56,474 bases of DNA from positions 1 to 56,474 of the forward strand of contig JAUVKU010000001.1 in NCBI GenBank assembly GCA_030596105.1. The letters are read 5' to 3'. The DNA comes from a bacterium (GTDB lineage: Bacteria; Patescibacteriota; Minisyncoccia; Minisyncoccales; DAOVPY01). Shown piece by piece: positions 37,692 to 46,146 of the stretch. A program made the position numbers and the translations under genes. Within the stretch, counting starts at the first letter, position 1. Each line of letters begins with the position of its first letter. The notes below the pieces were generated by a model. That model was not told the origin of the DNA, did no database searches, and saw nothing but the letters and a program-made list of their open reading frames with translations.

Positions 37692-37914
37692 AAATATATG
37701 AATATGAGTATAATATCTCTAACACTCATAAACAAATATGCTTATATTAACGCCTCCTTCCCCCTTAATATGACTACCCCACTTATACAACAAATAAAAA
37801 GGGGCTAAAACAGCCCAAAAATGATAGAAAATGCTAGAAAAGAGGTACTAAACATCGTCTTTTCATCTATATTATAAGAATAATCTATATATAAAATAAA
37901 CCAGCTTATAACTT

Positions 37915-37988
37915 ATCAATTATCAATCATAAAATATCAATTATATTTTACAAATAATCAATTATTAAAATAATCAATTATCAATATG
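37915..37988 (+). repeat. array of ATCAATTAT 9-mers (four perfect and two variant copies)
   Basis: Perfect copies start at 37915, 37936, 37957 and 37973 (spacings 21, 21 and 16 bp). Variants are at 37922 (ATCAATCAT) and 37980 (ATCAATATG, overlapping the start codon). Confidence 0.8.
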
Positions 37989-38921
37989 CTTAATTATCTT
38001 GAAGATTTCTTGCTTCACATAAAAATAAATAACTATTCAGAAGAAACACTTTATAACTACCAACGAGATTTAAAAACTTTTGAGGACTTCTTAAAGAACG
38101 AGGTTAAAACTTCTTTTAATAAAATTACTAAAAAGACAATTGAACAATACAAAGCGTATTTAGTATCACGCGACCGCAAGACCACTGCAGGCCAAAAACC
38201 TAAAAAAAACCTCTCAGCGGGCTCTATAAATCGCAATTTATCAAGTGTGCGTAGATATCTCAAATATCTTATAAAGATGGACTATAAGACGCCTATAGCC
38301 CCTGAGGGCATTGAATTGTTGCGGACGGAAAAAAAACATCCTAGGGTCTCAGAACTTGAAGAAATAATAAAGCTAATTGAATTTCCTTCTAAACTTGAAA
38401 AGGATACAAAAATTGCTTTACGCAACCGAGCAATGCTTGAAACCCTATTTTCCACTGGAATGCGAATTTCTGAACTAATAAACCTTAAAATATCACAAAT
38501 TGATAAAACGGGCAGAGTTTTTATACTGGGAAAAGGAAAAAAAGAAAGATTTGTTTACTTAACCCAAAGAGCGCAAAAACATATTAAAAAATACATGGAT
38601 TTTCGTGGCTCAAGCGCCTCTCCATTTCTATTTATTCCTTACAGGGGCAAAAATGTGCACGATAAAAATAAAAAAATTTCTACTAATTACCTAGAGGAAA
38701 AAGTTAAAAGATACAGGGAGATATTGGGCTTTAATATTCCTATTTCTCCTCATTCAATCCGACACGCATTTGCCACATATTTGGCTGAAAGCGGAGCTAA
38801 TCCGGTTGCCATTCAAATCCTTTTAGGGCACGAATCATTAGACACCACAACAAGATATGTCCATGCTTCTGATCGTTATGCTGAAAAAATGCATTATAAA
38901 TATCATCCACTCAAAAATTAA
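37986..38921 (+). CDS. tyrosine site-specific recombinase (XerC/XerD family)
   Basis: N-terminal SAM-like core-binding domain plus a catalytic domain with R (GMRISEL), HSIRHAFAT, LLGH and the terminal TRYVH tyrosine. Confidence 0.85.
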   Translation: MLNYLEDFLLHIKINNYSEETLYNYQRDLKTFEDFLKNEVKTSFNKITKKTIEQYKAYLVSRDRKTTAGQKPKKNLSAGSINRNLSSVRRYLKYLIKMDYKTPIAPEGIELLRTEKKHPRVSELEEIIKLIEFPSKLEKDTKIALRNRAMLETLFSTGMRISELINLKISQIDKTGRVFILGKGKKERFVYLTQRAQKHIKKYMDFRGSSASPFLFIPYRGKNVHDKNKKISTNYLEEKVKRYREILGFNIPISPHSIRHAFATYLAESGANPVAIQILLGHESLDTTTRYVHASDRYAEKMHYKYHPLKN

Positions 38922-38980
38922 ACTTATTATTTGATAAATCTAATAAAAAAGCAACGCCTTGAAACGCTACTTTATGTGTT

Positions 38981-39673
38981 TTATTTGCCAAATCTTCTTC
39001 CTCGCTCAGCATAATTTTCAATAGCCTTATTTAAATCTTTTTCAGTAAAATCAGGCCAATATTTTTTTAAAAAATATAATTCTGAATAAGCGCTTTGCCA
39101 TGTTAAAAAATTAGAAAGTCTTTGCTCTCCAGCGGTACGAATAATCAAATCAGGATAAGGCAATCCCTGCGTCCAAAGATTTTTATCTATTAATTCCTCT
39201 GTAATTTTATTTGGAGGAATTTTTTGCGAAACAATTTTTTTAATTGTTTCAACAATTTCCTGTCTTCCGCCATAACTTATAGCAAGAACAAAAATTCTTT
39301 TTTTATTATTTTTTGTAATTTCTTCGGCATTTTTTATTATTTTTTGCAAAAATTTTGGCAGTTTATCTTTTTGTCCAATCACTAAAATTTTTGTGCCATC
39401 TTCATATGCTTCTTGAATAAAATCTTTACTAAGAGCCTGAGCTATCAATTCCATCAAATAGTTTATTTCTTTTTTTGATCTTTTCCAATTCTCAATAGAA
39501 AAACCATAGACAGTTAAAATTTTGATACCTTTCTTTTTACACCATTCTTGCATCTTCCACACATTTTCCTTGCCCTTCAAATGTCCAGCAAAACTTGGCA
39601 GGCCTTTTTCTTTTGCCCACCTTCTATTACCGTCTATAATAATACCTAAATGATAGGGAATTTTTTTGTTCAT
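38981..39673 (-). CDS. uppS: isoprenyl transferase / undecaprenyl-diphosphate synthase
   Basis: HLGIIIDGNRRWAKEKG, FSIENWKR, RTAGEQRLSNFLTWQSAYSELYF. SD AAGGAG lies upstream. Confidence 0.9.
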   Translation of the reverse strand: MNKKIPYHLGIIIDGNRRWAKEKGLPSFAGHLKGKENVWKMQEWCKKKGIKILTVYGFSIENWKRSKKEINYLMELIAQALSKDFIQEAYEDGTKILVIGQKDKLPKFLQKIIKNAEEITKNNKKRIFVLAISYGGRQEIVETIKKIVSQKIPPNKITEELIDKNLWTQGLPYPDLIIRTAGEQRLSNFLTWQSAYSELYFLKKYWPDFTEKDLNKAIENYAERGRRFGK

Positions 39674-39733
39674 ATATTGGCTCCTTTATATTTTAAAAAA
39701 CTACGGGTCTCTTAAACAAAAGTCCTTACATTC

Positions 39734-39762
39734 AAAATACAAAATTTTAAGGATATCGTCAA
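39734..39762 (-). promoter_or_regulatory. candidate promoter for uppS
   Basis: On the minus strand: TTGACG (39762-39757), 17-nt spacer, TATTTT (39739-39734). Confidence 0.3.
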
Positions 39763-39805
39763 GCTAATAAAAACAATGATGCTGGTAAAGTTGAACAAAT
39801 AAAAT

Positions 39806-40771
39806 CTATACTAAAAAATCCCCTTCTATTTTTACTTTTTTAGGCAATACCCATGGCAAATGGAACCCAAAAAAATAAGTTGATTTTGTCGCTATTTTAG
39901 AAAAAATAATTCTTGGAAGAAAAAATCTTTTCATTGCTTTTTCATAAGCTAAAAAATCAGGAAAATTTTTTAAAAGCATTTCAGACGCAATCAATCCCCA
40001 AACTACTCCCCCCCCACTCCAAGGCTTAGTTAGTCCGGCAGCATCGCCACATAATGTAATCTTAGAATGTTTTGGAACACAAAAACCTTGTGGCACAATC
40101 CCAGCCCTTATTTCATCAATTTGCAAATTATGTTCTGACAAAAATTCTTTAAAGAATTTTTGCGCCTGTTTTAATCCAGCAATAATTCCATATTCATATC
40201 CCCCATTCTTAGGTATTTTCCAAGCAAATCCCCTTTTTCGCGCCCAAGTTTCTACAATATTAGTATATTCTTGATCATTGGACTGTTTAACCACAAATCC
40301 CTGAATAGCTAAACGCAAACTTGGGTCATCTAACCCCAAATACTTTCTTACAAAAGATTGTGGCCCATCACAACCAATAATTCTATCAAAATCTTTTAAT
40401 AAATTCGCAATCTCATTATGCGAAATAAAATAATTTAAATTAATTTTTGCGCCTGATTTTTCAGCTAAAATAGCAACCATTTTATCTAATTCCCTATGCT
40501 CTATATCAACAAACCCTTCAGAAAACTTTATTTTTACGCTATTTTTAGGGAAATGAGTTAAAATAAAATCTATTTTATTTTGAATGAGACAAGACGCTTG
40601 AGGAATGAATTCTAAAATTCTTCGCGAAAAAAGCCCTGAACAAGCTTGCTTACCAATCTCTTTTCTTTTTTCAAAAACGCTTACTTGATGACCCTTACAG
40701 GAAAGCTTCCACGCCAAATAAAGCCCACAAATTCCAGCCCCAACAATAGCTATTTTTAATTTTTTCTTCAT
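39806..40771 (-). CDS. geranylgeranyl-reductase-family FAD-dependent oxidoreductase (short form)
   Basis: KIAIVGAGICGLYLAWKLSCKGHQVSVFEKR dinucleotide fold and LCGDAAGLTKPWSGGGVVWG. Start taken at ATG 40771; the ORF-track start 40777 is GTG. Confidence 0.7.
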   Translation of the reverse strand: MKKKLKIAIVGAGICGLYLAWKLSCKGHQVSVFEKRKEIGKQACSGLFSRRILEFIPQASCLIQNKIDFILTHFPKNSVKIKFSEGFVDIEHRELDKMVAILAEKSGAKINLNYFISHNEIANLLKDFDRIIGCDGPQSFVRKYLGLDDPSLRLAIQGFVVKQSNDQEYTNIVETWARKRGFAWKIPKNGGYEYGIIAGLKQAQKFFKEFLSEHNLQIDEIRAGIVPQGFCVPKHSKITLCGDAAGLTKPWSGGGVVWGLIASEMLLKNFPDFLAYEKAMKRFFLPRIIFSKIATKSTYFFGFHLPWVLPKKVKIEGDFLV

Positions 40772-40780
40772 ATACACATA

Positions 40781-40900
40781 TTAAGACATTAAATAACCAA
40801 TAGCAAATGAAAATAGAGAAATCAAAACAACAGCAATAAAAAGAGTGATTTGTTCCCCATTCTTTTTGACAAATTCAATAATTTTTGGTAATATTATCAT
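40781..40900 (-). CDS. possible 39-aa single-TM micro-protein
   Basis: Manual translation gives MIILPKIIEFVKKNGEQITLFIAVVLISLFSFAIGYLMS. The stop lies 9 nt before the reductase ATG. There is no other support. Confidence 0.2.
   Translation of the reverse strand: MIILPKIIEFVKKNGEQITLFIAVVLISLFSFAIGYLMS
40866..40894 (+). promoter_or_regulatory. sigma70-like promoter upstream of rpmA
   Basis: TTGACA (40866-40871), 17-nt spacer, TAATAT (40889-40894). Confidence 0.45.
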
Positions 40901-40932
40901 TAGAATAGAAGATTAACTTATAATTTAAAACT

Positions 40933-41211
40933 ATGTCAAAAACAAAATCAGCGGGTTCGAGTAAATTAGGACGAGATTCTAATCCACAATATCTGGGAGT
41001 CAAGCTTTACGCTGGACAAAAAACAAAGCCTGGTAGTATTATCGTTCGCCAACGAGGTTCAAAAATTTTAGCTGGAAAAAATGTCCGAGAAGGAAAAGAC
41101 AATACCCTTTACGCTATCAAAGATGGCTTGGTTAAATTTACCACAAAACGCATTACACGCTTTGATAATAAACAACGCGTTGCCAAAATAGCGAATGTAG
41201 AACTTAAATAA
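40933..41211 (+). CDS. rpmA: 50S ribosomal protein L27
   Basis: [25 protein letters not shown]...[18 protein letters not shown]...DNTLYA..DG.V.F. Confidence 0.9.
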   Translation: MSKTKSAGSSKLGRDSNPQYLGVKLYAGQKTKPGSIIVRQRGSKILAGKNVREGKDNTLYAIKDGLVKFTTKRITRFDNKQRVAKIANVELK

Positions 41212-41232
41212 TTTTCAATTTTTCAAAATATG

Positions 41233-41266
41233 AAAAAGGGAGCATGAAAGCTCTCTTTTTCTTTTT
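41233..41266 (+). terminator. rho-independent terminator after rpmA
   Basis: AAAAAGGGAGC-ATGAAA-GCTCTCTTTTT hairpin (one G.U pair) followed by CTTTTT. Confidence 0.6.
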
Positions 41267-41275
41267 CAATTTATT

Positions 41276-42898
41276 CTATTTTTTTATACATGCTTTTACA
41301 AATGCTTTGAATAGTGGATGAGGATTTAATGGTCTTGATTTTAATTCTGGATGAAACTGTGTGGCAACAAAAAATGGATGATTCTTAAGTTCTATAATCT
41401 CAACCAAATCTCTTTCCGTATTAACACCTGCCATTATCATACCATGCTCCTCTAATACGCCTCTAAATGCATTATTAAGCTCGTAGCGGTGTCTATGTCG
41501 TTCAGATATGTTTAGCAACCCATAAGCTTGAAAACTCTTTGTTTTGGGCTTTATCTTACAATCATAAACGCCTAATCGCATCGTAGCGCCATATTTCTTT
41601 TCTTTTAACAACGCTTTTTGATCCGGCATAACATCAATTATAGGACTCTTGCAATTCAAAGAAATTTCAACAGAATTAGCATCTTTTATTTTACAAACAT
41701 TTCTAGCAAATTCTATCACAGCCATCTGTAATCCATAACAAAGACCAAAAAAGGGAATATTATTTTCGCGACAAAACTGAATGGCTTTTATCTTACCGCC
41801 TACCCCCCTACTCCCAAATCCTCCCGGCACTATTATGCCATCATATTTTTTAAGCTCTATAACTTTCTTTGGATTTTTTTCATATTGTTCAGCATTTATC
41901 CAATGAATTTCTGGCTTTCTGTTACATGCCCAACAAGAATGCTTAATCGCCTCAATCACCGAAATGTAACTATCTTTTAATACAAATTTTCCTGTTTCAA
42001 AATATTTTCCAACTATACCAATCTTTACTGGTTCTTTAGCTGTTTTAGCGATATTAACCATTTTAGCCCAATCCCTCAAATCACTTTTTCTTTTTGGCTT
42101 AATACCAAATTTTTTTAAAATTCTTTTTCCTAAATCATCTTTTTGAAAATTAAGCGGAACCTCATAGATTGATTCTATATCAGGAGCAGAAATAATATCA
42201 TTTTTAGAAATATTACAAAAAACTGAAATTTTTTGTTTTCGTGGTTCATCTAAAGCAACAGCTGACCGTGCCAAAATCATGTCAGGTTGAATGCCAGCGG
42301 TATTTAGCGTCCTTACCGCATATTGCGTTGGTTTGGTCTTCATTTCTCCTATTATTGAAGGCACCGGAAGATAACTTACAAGAATAAAAAATACACGTTT
42401 AGGATCTTTGAGCTTCATCATTCTAGCTGCTTCTAAAAACAACATATTTTGATATTCCCCTACCGTTCCCCCAATTTCTATCAAAATAAAATCAGCCTCT
42501 GTTTTTTTGGCTGCTTTTTTAATCCTAAAAATAACTTCATTTGGAATATCTGGAACAACCTCTACGCACTTGCCATTATATCCCAAATTCCTTTCGCGAT
42601 TTATAACTGCTTGATAAACTCTACCGGTGGTAATATAATTATCGGTGCTTAAATTTTCATCTAAAAACCGCTCATAATTTCCGAGGTCCTGATCGCTTTC
42701 AGTTCCATCGTCGGTCACAAAAACCTCTCCATGCTCAATCGGATTCATTGTCCCAGCATCAACATTAACATACGGATCAATTTTGGACGCTGTTACCTTA
42801 AAACCCATGCTCTGCAAAATTTTACCAATGGAAGCCGTAGCAACCCCTTTACCGATGCCAGACATTACTCCACCAGCAACAAAAATATAACGCGTCAT
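41276..42898 (-). CDS. pyrG: CTP synthase
   Basis: MTRYIFVAGGVMSGIGKG N-terminus and a glutamine amidotransferase domain with GLCYGLQ and HRHRYE. ATG at 42898; the ORF-track start 42922 is TTG. Confidence 0.95.
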   Translation of the reverse strand: MTRYIFVAGGVMSGIGKGVATASIGKILQSMGFKVTASKIDPYVNVDAGTMNPIEHGEVFVTDDGTESDQDLGNYERFLDENLSTDNYITTGRVYQAVINRERNLGYNGKCVEVVPDIPNEVIFRIKKAAKKTEADFILIEIGGTVGEYQNMLFLEAARMMKLKDPKRVFFILVSYLPVPSIIGEMKTKPTQYAVRTLNTAGIQPDMILARSAVALDEPRKQKISVFCNISKNDIISAPDIESIYEVPLNFQKDDLGKRILKKFGIKPKRKSDLRDWAKMVNIAKTAKEPVKIGIVGKYFETGKFVLKDSYISVIEAIKHSCWACNRKPEIHWINAEQYEKNPKKVIELKKYDGIIVPGGFGSRGVGGKIKAIQFCRENNIPFFGLCYGLQMAVIEFARNVCKIKDANSVEISLNCKSPIIDVMPDQKALLKEKKYGATMRLGVYDCKIKPKTKSFQAYGLLNISERHRHRYELNNAFRGVLEEHGMIMAGVNTERDLVEIIELKNHPFFVATQFHPELKSRPLNPHPLFKAFVKACIKK

Positions 42899-42924
42899 AT
42901 TAATATACCTTTTACGCAACAACC

Positions 42925-42960
42925 ATTTCTACTGCGATTTTAAAGTCTCGCTACGAAAAA
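42925..42960 (-). repeat. core-only copy (E) of the intergenic element family, in the pyrG leader
   Basis: The minus-strand sense TTTTTCGTAGCGAGACTTTAAAATCGCAGTAGAAAT joins the 5' module (TTCGTAGCGAGA.TT) directly to the 3' module (AAATCGCAGTAGAAA) found in copies A-D. Confidence 0.65.
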
Positions 42961-43063
42961 TTGTCACGCAACAGGTCTAACAGACGGGACCCCCCCTTTT
43001 TTTATTATATTAAATTAAATAACAAAATTTACTTAACGCCTTTCAATAATTTCAAACTATAAA

Positions 43064-43510
43064 TTATTCTTCTGCGACAATTATAACTTTTATTTCTACT
43101 TCTAAATTGTGTTCAAAAGAAATCTTTACTGGAAATTCACCTATTTCCTTAATTGGCGCGGATAAAAGAATTTTATCTTTATCAATCTTAAATCCCATTT
43201 CTTTTAATTTGTTGGAAATTTTTTGACTATTGATTGACTCAAAGAGTTGGCCATCTTCTCCAACTTTCACAGAAATCATAACTTCCAACCCATCCATTTG
43301 CGAAGCAAATTCTTGACTCTTCATAAGATCTTCTTTCATTTGCTTTGTATAAATTTCTTTTTCCGCTTCTAATTCTTTAAGGACTTCCCTTGTAGCAAGT
43401 TTCGCCATATTCTTAATAAATAAAAAATTCTTGGCATATCCATCTTTTACATCTTTGATGTCATATTTTTTTCCAAGACCTTCTACATCTTCTAAAAGAA
43501 TTACTTTCAT
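43064..43510 (-). CDS. rplI: 50S ribosomal protein L9
   Basis: [31 protein letters not shown]-terminal domain plus a C-terminal globular domain. Confidence 0.9.
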   Translation of the reverse strand: MKVILLEDVEGLGKKYDIKDVKDGYAKNFLFIKNMAKLATREVLKELEAEKEIYTKQMKEDLMKSQEFASQMDGLEVMISVKVGEDGQLFESINSQKISNKLKEMGFKIDKDKILLSAPIKEIGEFPVKISFEHNLEVEIKVIIVAEE

Positions 43511-43541
43511 AATTTTGTTGATAATTGATAATTTATTTATT

Positions 43542-43703
43542 GAGAGCGTGGAACGATATGCTTTCGTAGCGAAATTTCCAAAATTTAAGACAAATTTTTC
43601 AAAAATTTTCGAAGCGTATATGGTAATATACGATGAAAAAATTTTGGGAGAATTTGGCTAAATTTTAGAAATTGCAGTAAAAATGATATCATTCTACGCT
43701 CTC
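43542..43703 (+). repeat. structured intergenic element, type II, copy C (sense on + strand, antisense to flanking genes)
   Basis: Closing stem GAGAGCGTGGAACGATAT / ATATCATTCTACGCTCTC (17/18 including a G.U pair). Internal modules TTCGTAGCGAAATTT, GTATATGGTAATATAC and GGCTAAATTTTAGAAATTGCAGTAAAAATG align with copy D. Confidence 0.75.
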
Positions 43704-43706
43704 ATC

Positions 43707-44921
43707 TTACCTTGTTTCTTTTAATAGTTCAACTGCTCTATCTAATTGCGGATCATTACCTTCTTCATAATCCTCATTAGTCATTTTAACTTCTATGTCT
43801 GGTTCAATGCCCTTACCAGCAATAAGATTTCCGTTGGGCGTCAACCATTTCGCTACTGTTATTTTAAGACTTGATCCATTTCTTAATCTTTCAAGCTCTT
43901 GAACAGAGCCCTTTCCGAAAGATGTCTCACCAATTATTTTTATGCCACAATTATCTCTAAGTGCTCCAGCCAAAATCTCGGACGCAGAAGCAGATCCTTG
44001 ATTCATTAAAACAACTATTTCAAAATCTTTAAAAGCTCCGTTTCCCTTCGCCAGATACTCCAATTTTTCTTGATCTGGTCCAAAATCTTCAATTGTAACA
44101 ATCTGATCTTTCTCCAAAAACCAACCAGCAATATATTGAGAAACCTCTAAATAACCACCTGGATTATTACGAAGATCCAAAATAATTTTCTTGGCTGAAG
44201 TATTTAAAATTTTCACACTCGCTGTTTGAAACGCAGAGCCCGTTGTTCCTAAAAACTGATAAAGTCTCATATAAACAATTGGATCAGCTTCAGTATCATC
44301 TTCAAGCAATTCCCATTTAATAGAAGGCATTTCTATTATGCCTCTAATAATCTTAATTTCTTGCGTCTTTTCCCAGCCATTTCTAGCAATTGTCAAAACA
44401 ACTTCAGTTCCTTTTGGTCCCCTAATAAGATGGACAGCTTCATCAATAGTGAGGTCCCGAGTATGCTCATCTCCAACTTTGAAAATCTTATCTCCTGCCC
44501 TAAGTCCTGCTTTCTGCGCTGGAGTTCCCTCTAAAGGAGCGATGACTTGAAGCTGATCATTTCTTATGCCTATTTCCATACCAACACCCTCAAAAACCCC
44601 GCTAACATCTTCAAAAAACTGATTAGTTTCTTCGGGTGGCATAAATATGGTATACGGGTCATCTAAACTTTCAACCATTCCCGAAATGGCTCCATAAATC
44701 ATTTTTTCGTGATCAAATTCTTCCCGTCCAACATATTTTTTTTCAAGAACATTATAGCTCTCCCAGAAAAGAGAAAGATCAATTTTTCCTGCAGGAGATA
44801 CTAATTCCATTCCCTTATAAATCCCCCCTTCCTCACCACAATAAAAACCAAGAAAAAAAGAAAACAAAATAGTTCCAATTAAAAAGATAAATTTGAATGT
44901 TTTTATATTTAAAAAACGCAT
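43707..44921 (-). CDS. S41-family C-terminal processing peptidase with PDZ domain
   Basis: N-terminal anchor, PDZ (GMEIGIRNDQLQVIAPLEGTPAQKAGLRAGDKI), catalytic GSASASEI and TSFGKGSVQ. Confidence 0.9.
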   Translation of the reverse strand: MRFLNIKTFKFIFLIGTILFSFFLGFYCGEEGGIYKGMELVSPAGKIDLSLFWESYNVLEKKYVGREEFDHEKMIYGAISGMVESLDDPYTIFMPPEETNQFFEDVSGVFEGVGMEIGIRNDQLQVIAPLEGTPAQKAGLRAGDKIFKVGDEHTRDLTIDEAVHLIRGPKGTEVVLTIARNGWEKTQEIKIIRGIIEMPSIKWELLEDDTEADPIVYMRLYQFLGTTGSAFQTASVKILNTSAKKIILDLRNNPGGYLEVSQYIAGWFLEKDQIVTIEDFGPDQEKLEYLAKGNGAFKDFEIVVLMNQGSASASEILAGALRDNCGIKIIGETSFGKGSVQELERLRNGSSLKITVAKWLTPNGNLIAGKGIEPDIEVKMTNEDYEEGNDPQLDRAVELLKETR

Positions 44922-44948
44922 TAGACTTTATTAATTTTTATAAAAAAG

Positions 44949-45021
44949 TGCGTCCAGGAGGAATCGAACCTCCAACCGCCGGCTTAAAAGGCCGTTGCTC
45001 TACCTATTGAGCTATGGACGC
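44949..45021 (-). tRNA. tRNA-Lys (anticodon UUU)
   Basis: Reverse complement folds as GCGTCCA-TA-GCTC-AATAGGTA-GAGC-A-ACGGC-CTTTTAA-GCCGG-CGGTT-GGAGG-TTCGATT-CCTCC-TGGACGC-A. Confidence 0.9.
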
Positions 45022-45108
45022 AAAACAATCCTTAAATTTTCACCTTTAATAATACCCTATTTTCAATAAAAAACAATACTCAAATCGCAAAACAATTTAA
45101 CAAAATTT

Positions 45109-46146
45109 CTAAAACTGCTCTAGAAACTTTATATCGCCAGAATAAAACAATCTAATATCATCTATTTTGTATTTCATCATCACCAATCTATCTATACCCA
45201 TTCCAAAAGCAAAACCTTGCCAAAATTTAGGATTTAATCCCCCTGCTTTTAACACATTTGGGTGAACCATTCCAGCTCCAATTGTTTCAAGCCATCCTGT
45301 TTTTTTACAAACGCTACATCCTTTTCCTTTACAATTTAAACATTTTATATCAATTTCAACGCTCGGTTCTGTAAATGGAAAATAACTTGGTCTTAATCTT
45401 ATCTCAACTTTTTTATTAAAAAAATTATCTAAAAACTCATTAATTACGGCTTTTAAATTCGCTAAAGAGACACCTTTGCCAACCATCATTCCTTCCAACT
45501 GATGAAATTGAACATCGTGCGAAGCGTCAGTTGCTTCGTGTCTAAATACTTTACCTGGAGCAACTATCCTGAATGGCGGATTATTTTTTTCCATATAGTG
45601 AATCTGCACAGCTGATGTGTGACATCTCATTAGTTTTTTGCCTTGTTTATTGTCCTTCTCTTGCTTAAGCCAAAAAGTATCTTGGACATCGCGAGCTGGA
45701 TGATCTTTTGGCACATTTAACGCATCAAAATTATACCATTCTGTTTCTATTTCTAATCCTTCGGCCACAGAAAACCCCATTGACTGGAAAATTTCAACAG
45801 CACTTCTAATTGACTGCGTTAAAGGATGAATGTATCCTGTTTTTATTCTTTTCCCTGGAATAGTAATATCAATCCATTCTTTTTCTCCTGCTTCTTTTAT
45901 AATTCTTTCTTTTGTTTCTTGAATCTTTTCGTCAATTTTTGTTTGCAAAAAATCCTTGACCTCATTTATTTCTTTACCAGCCTTAGCTCGTTTTTCTTTT
46001 GGCAATTTCCCAATTGATTTTACGGCTTGCATAATTTCTCCTTTCTTACCTAAATACTCTTGAAAAATTTCATTCAACTTTTTAACATCATCTGCATTCT
46101 CTATTTTTTTAGAAATATTTTTTTTAAGTAAATTTAAACCCTCCAT
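45109..46146 (-). CDS. pheS: phenylalanine--tRNA ligase alpha subunit
   Basis: HPLTQ, DHPARDVQDTFW, FRHEATDASH, FPFTEPSVEID and GMGIDRL motifs. No pheT follows on this strand. Confidence 0.95.
   Translation of the reverse strand: MEGLNLLKKNISKKIENADDVKKLNEIFQEYLGKKGEIMQAVKSIGKLPKEKRAKAGKEINEVKDFLQTKIDEKIQETKERIIKEAGEKEWIDITIPGKRIKTGYIHPLTQSIRSAVEIFQSMGFSVAEGLEIETEWYNFDALNVPKDHPARDVQDTFWLKQEKDNKQGKKLMRCHTSAVQIHYMEKNNPPFRIVAPGKVFRHEATDASHDVQFHQLEGMMVGKGVSLANLKAVINEFLDNFFNKKVEIRLRPSYFPFTEPSVEIDIKCLNCKGKGCSVCKKTGWLETIGAGMVHPNVLKAGGLNPKFWQGFAFGMGIDRLVMMKYKIDDIRLFYSGDIKFLEQF

Noticed and set aside
43431-43661. 76-aa + strand ORF spanning the rplI start and repeat element C.
   Set aside because: It begins antisense inside rplI, runs through the non-coding repeat element, and has no SD or recognisable domain.
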